This document shows, piece after piece, positions 25,190 through 25,767 of a DNA stretch of 25,767 nt. A model generated the notes under the pieces. That model was not told the origin of the DNA. It did no database searches and saw nothing but the letters and a program-made list of their open reading frames with translations. The position numbers and the translations under genes are program-made. Position 1 is the stretch's first letter. Every line of letters starts with the position of its first letter. Source of the DNA: Bdellovibrionia bacterium (lineage in GTDB: Bacteria; Bdellovibrionota; UBA1018); NCBI GenBank assembly GCA_049424145.1, contig JBMSSC010000026.1, positions 1 through 25,767 on the forward strand, read 5' to 3'.

Positions 25190-25767
25190 ATGCTATCATC
25201 CCATCGTGTGAGATTTTACTTCATCTGGATTTGTGCGTCCATTTTCTACGTGTATCAATTCATCCTGCGTGTCTCCCCCAGTCTGATTGTAGATGACTTG
25301 ATGGGTTTTTTTCATTTAGACGCATCCGGCGTGGCTCAGCTCTCCTCATTAGCGATGTACGCTTATGCTCTGATGCAAATTCCAGCAGGTCTTTCTGTGG
25401 ATGCTTTTGGCGTCAGGCGTATCCTCATGGCGTCGGTGGTTCTGTGTCTTTTAGGGGTCAGTCTGTTTGCTTCCACTCATGATCTTCACTGGGCTCAGTT
25501 AGGGCGAATCCTCCTTGGCACAGGTTCCGCCTCTGCTTTTCTTTGCGTGGGTAAGGTTTCGGCGCTTTGGTTTCCGCCCGAGCGCAGAGCGGTTCTTTTA
25601 GGCATGACCATGGCCATGGGAAAGGTGGGGGGCTATTTAGGAAATGTTGGCCTCTCCTTGATGATTGCTCAATGGCGGTGGCACACCAGTTTACTTTTAA
25701 CCCATAGTCTGGGACTATTAACGATCCTTGGGGCTTACCTTATGATTACCTCCCGTCAAGAAGAGTT
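25190..25767 (+). CDS. MFS transporter, Pht (phagosomal transporter)-like, partial (not in ORF track)
   Basis: Manual translation: MLSSHRVRFYFIWICASIFYVYQFILRVSPSLIVDDLM...YALMQIPAGLSVDAFGVRR...GRILLGTGSASAF...WFPPERRA.... Contains MFS motif A and runs off the window end. Confidence 0.88.
   Translation, partial: MLSSHRVRFYFIWICASIFYVYQFILRVSPSLIVDDLMGFFHLDASGVAQLSSLAMYAYALMQIPAGLSVDAFGVRRILMASVVLCLLGVSLFASTHDLHWAQLGRILLGTGSASAFLCVGKVSALWFPPERRAVLLGMTMAMGKVGGYLGNVGLSLMIAQWRWHTSLLLTHSLGLLTILGAYLMITSRQEE

Overview
Bacterial chromosomal window of moderate GC with AT-rich intergenic patches. The gene content (degenerate HDOD and HD-GYP proteins, a VWA-like lipoprotein, many orphan secreted proteins, repeated sigma-54-type promoters) suggests a Bdellovibrionota/Oligoflexia-like or deltaproteobacterial organism; this is inference. 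Left edge: the left end of an IS4-family element (partial transposase, terminal repeat, RBS-sequestering hairpin) abutting a tyrosine-recombinase remnant, then a secreted PI3/4-kinase-like protein. Next: an S4-like protein, M13 metallopeptidase, tRNA-dihydrouridine synthase, a secreted Tyr/Gly-rich protein, an atypical sigma-54 activator and a TMTC-like GT-C/TPR glycosyltransferase. Middle: a divergent signalling module (HDOD-like, His-variant ferredoxin and HD-GYP-like versus CBS and STAS/coiled-coil). Right: a stress/dormancy-like run (alpha/beta hydrolase, Hsp20, ACP-FAAL-acyltransferase fusion, phosphoribosyltransferase, NAD-dependent formate dehydrogenase), a VWA-like lipoprotein, a secreted Ser/Pro-rich protein and a partial Pht-like MFS transporter. 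No rRNA, tRNA or CRISPR array was seen. Family calls come from motif recognition by eye; no database searches were run.
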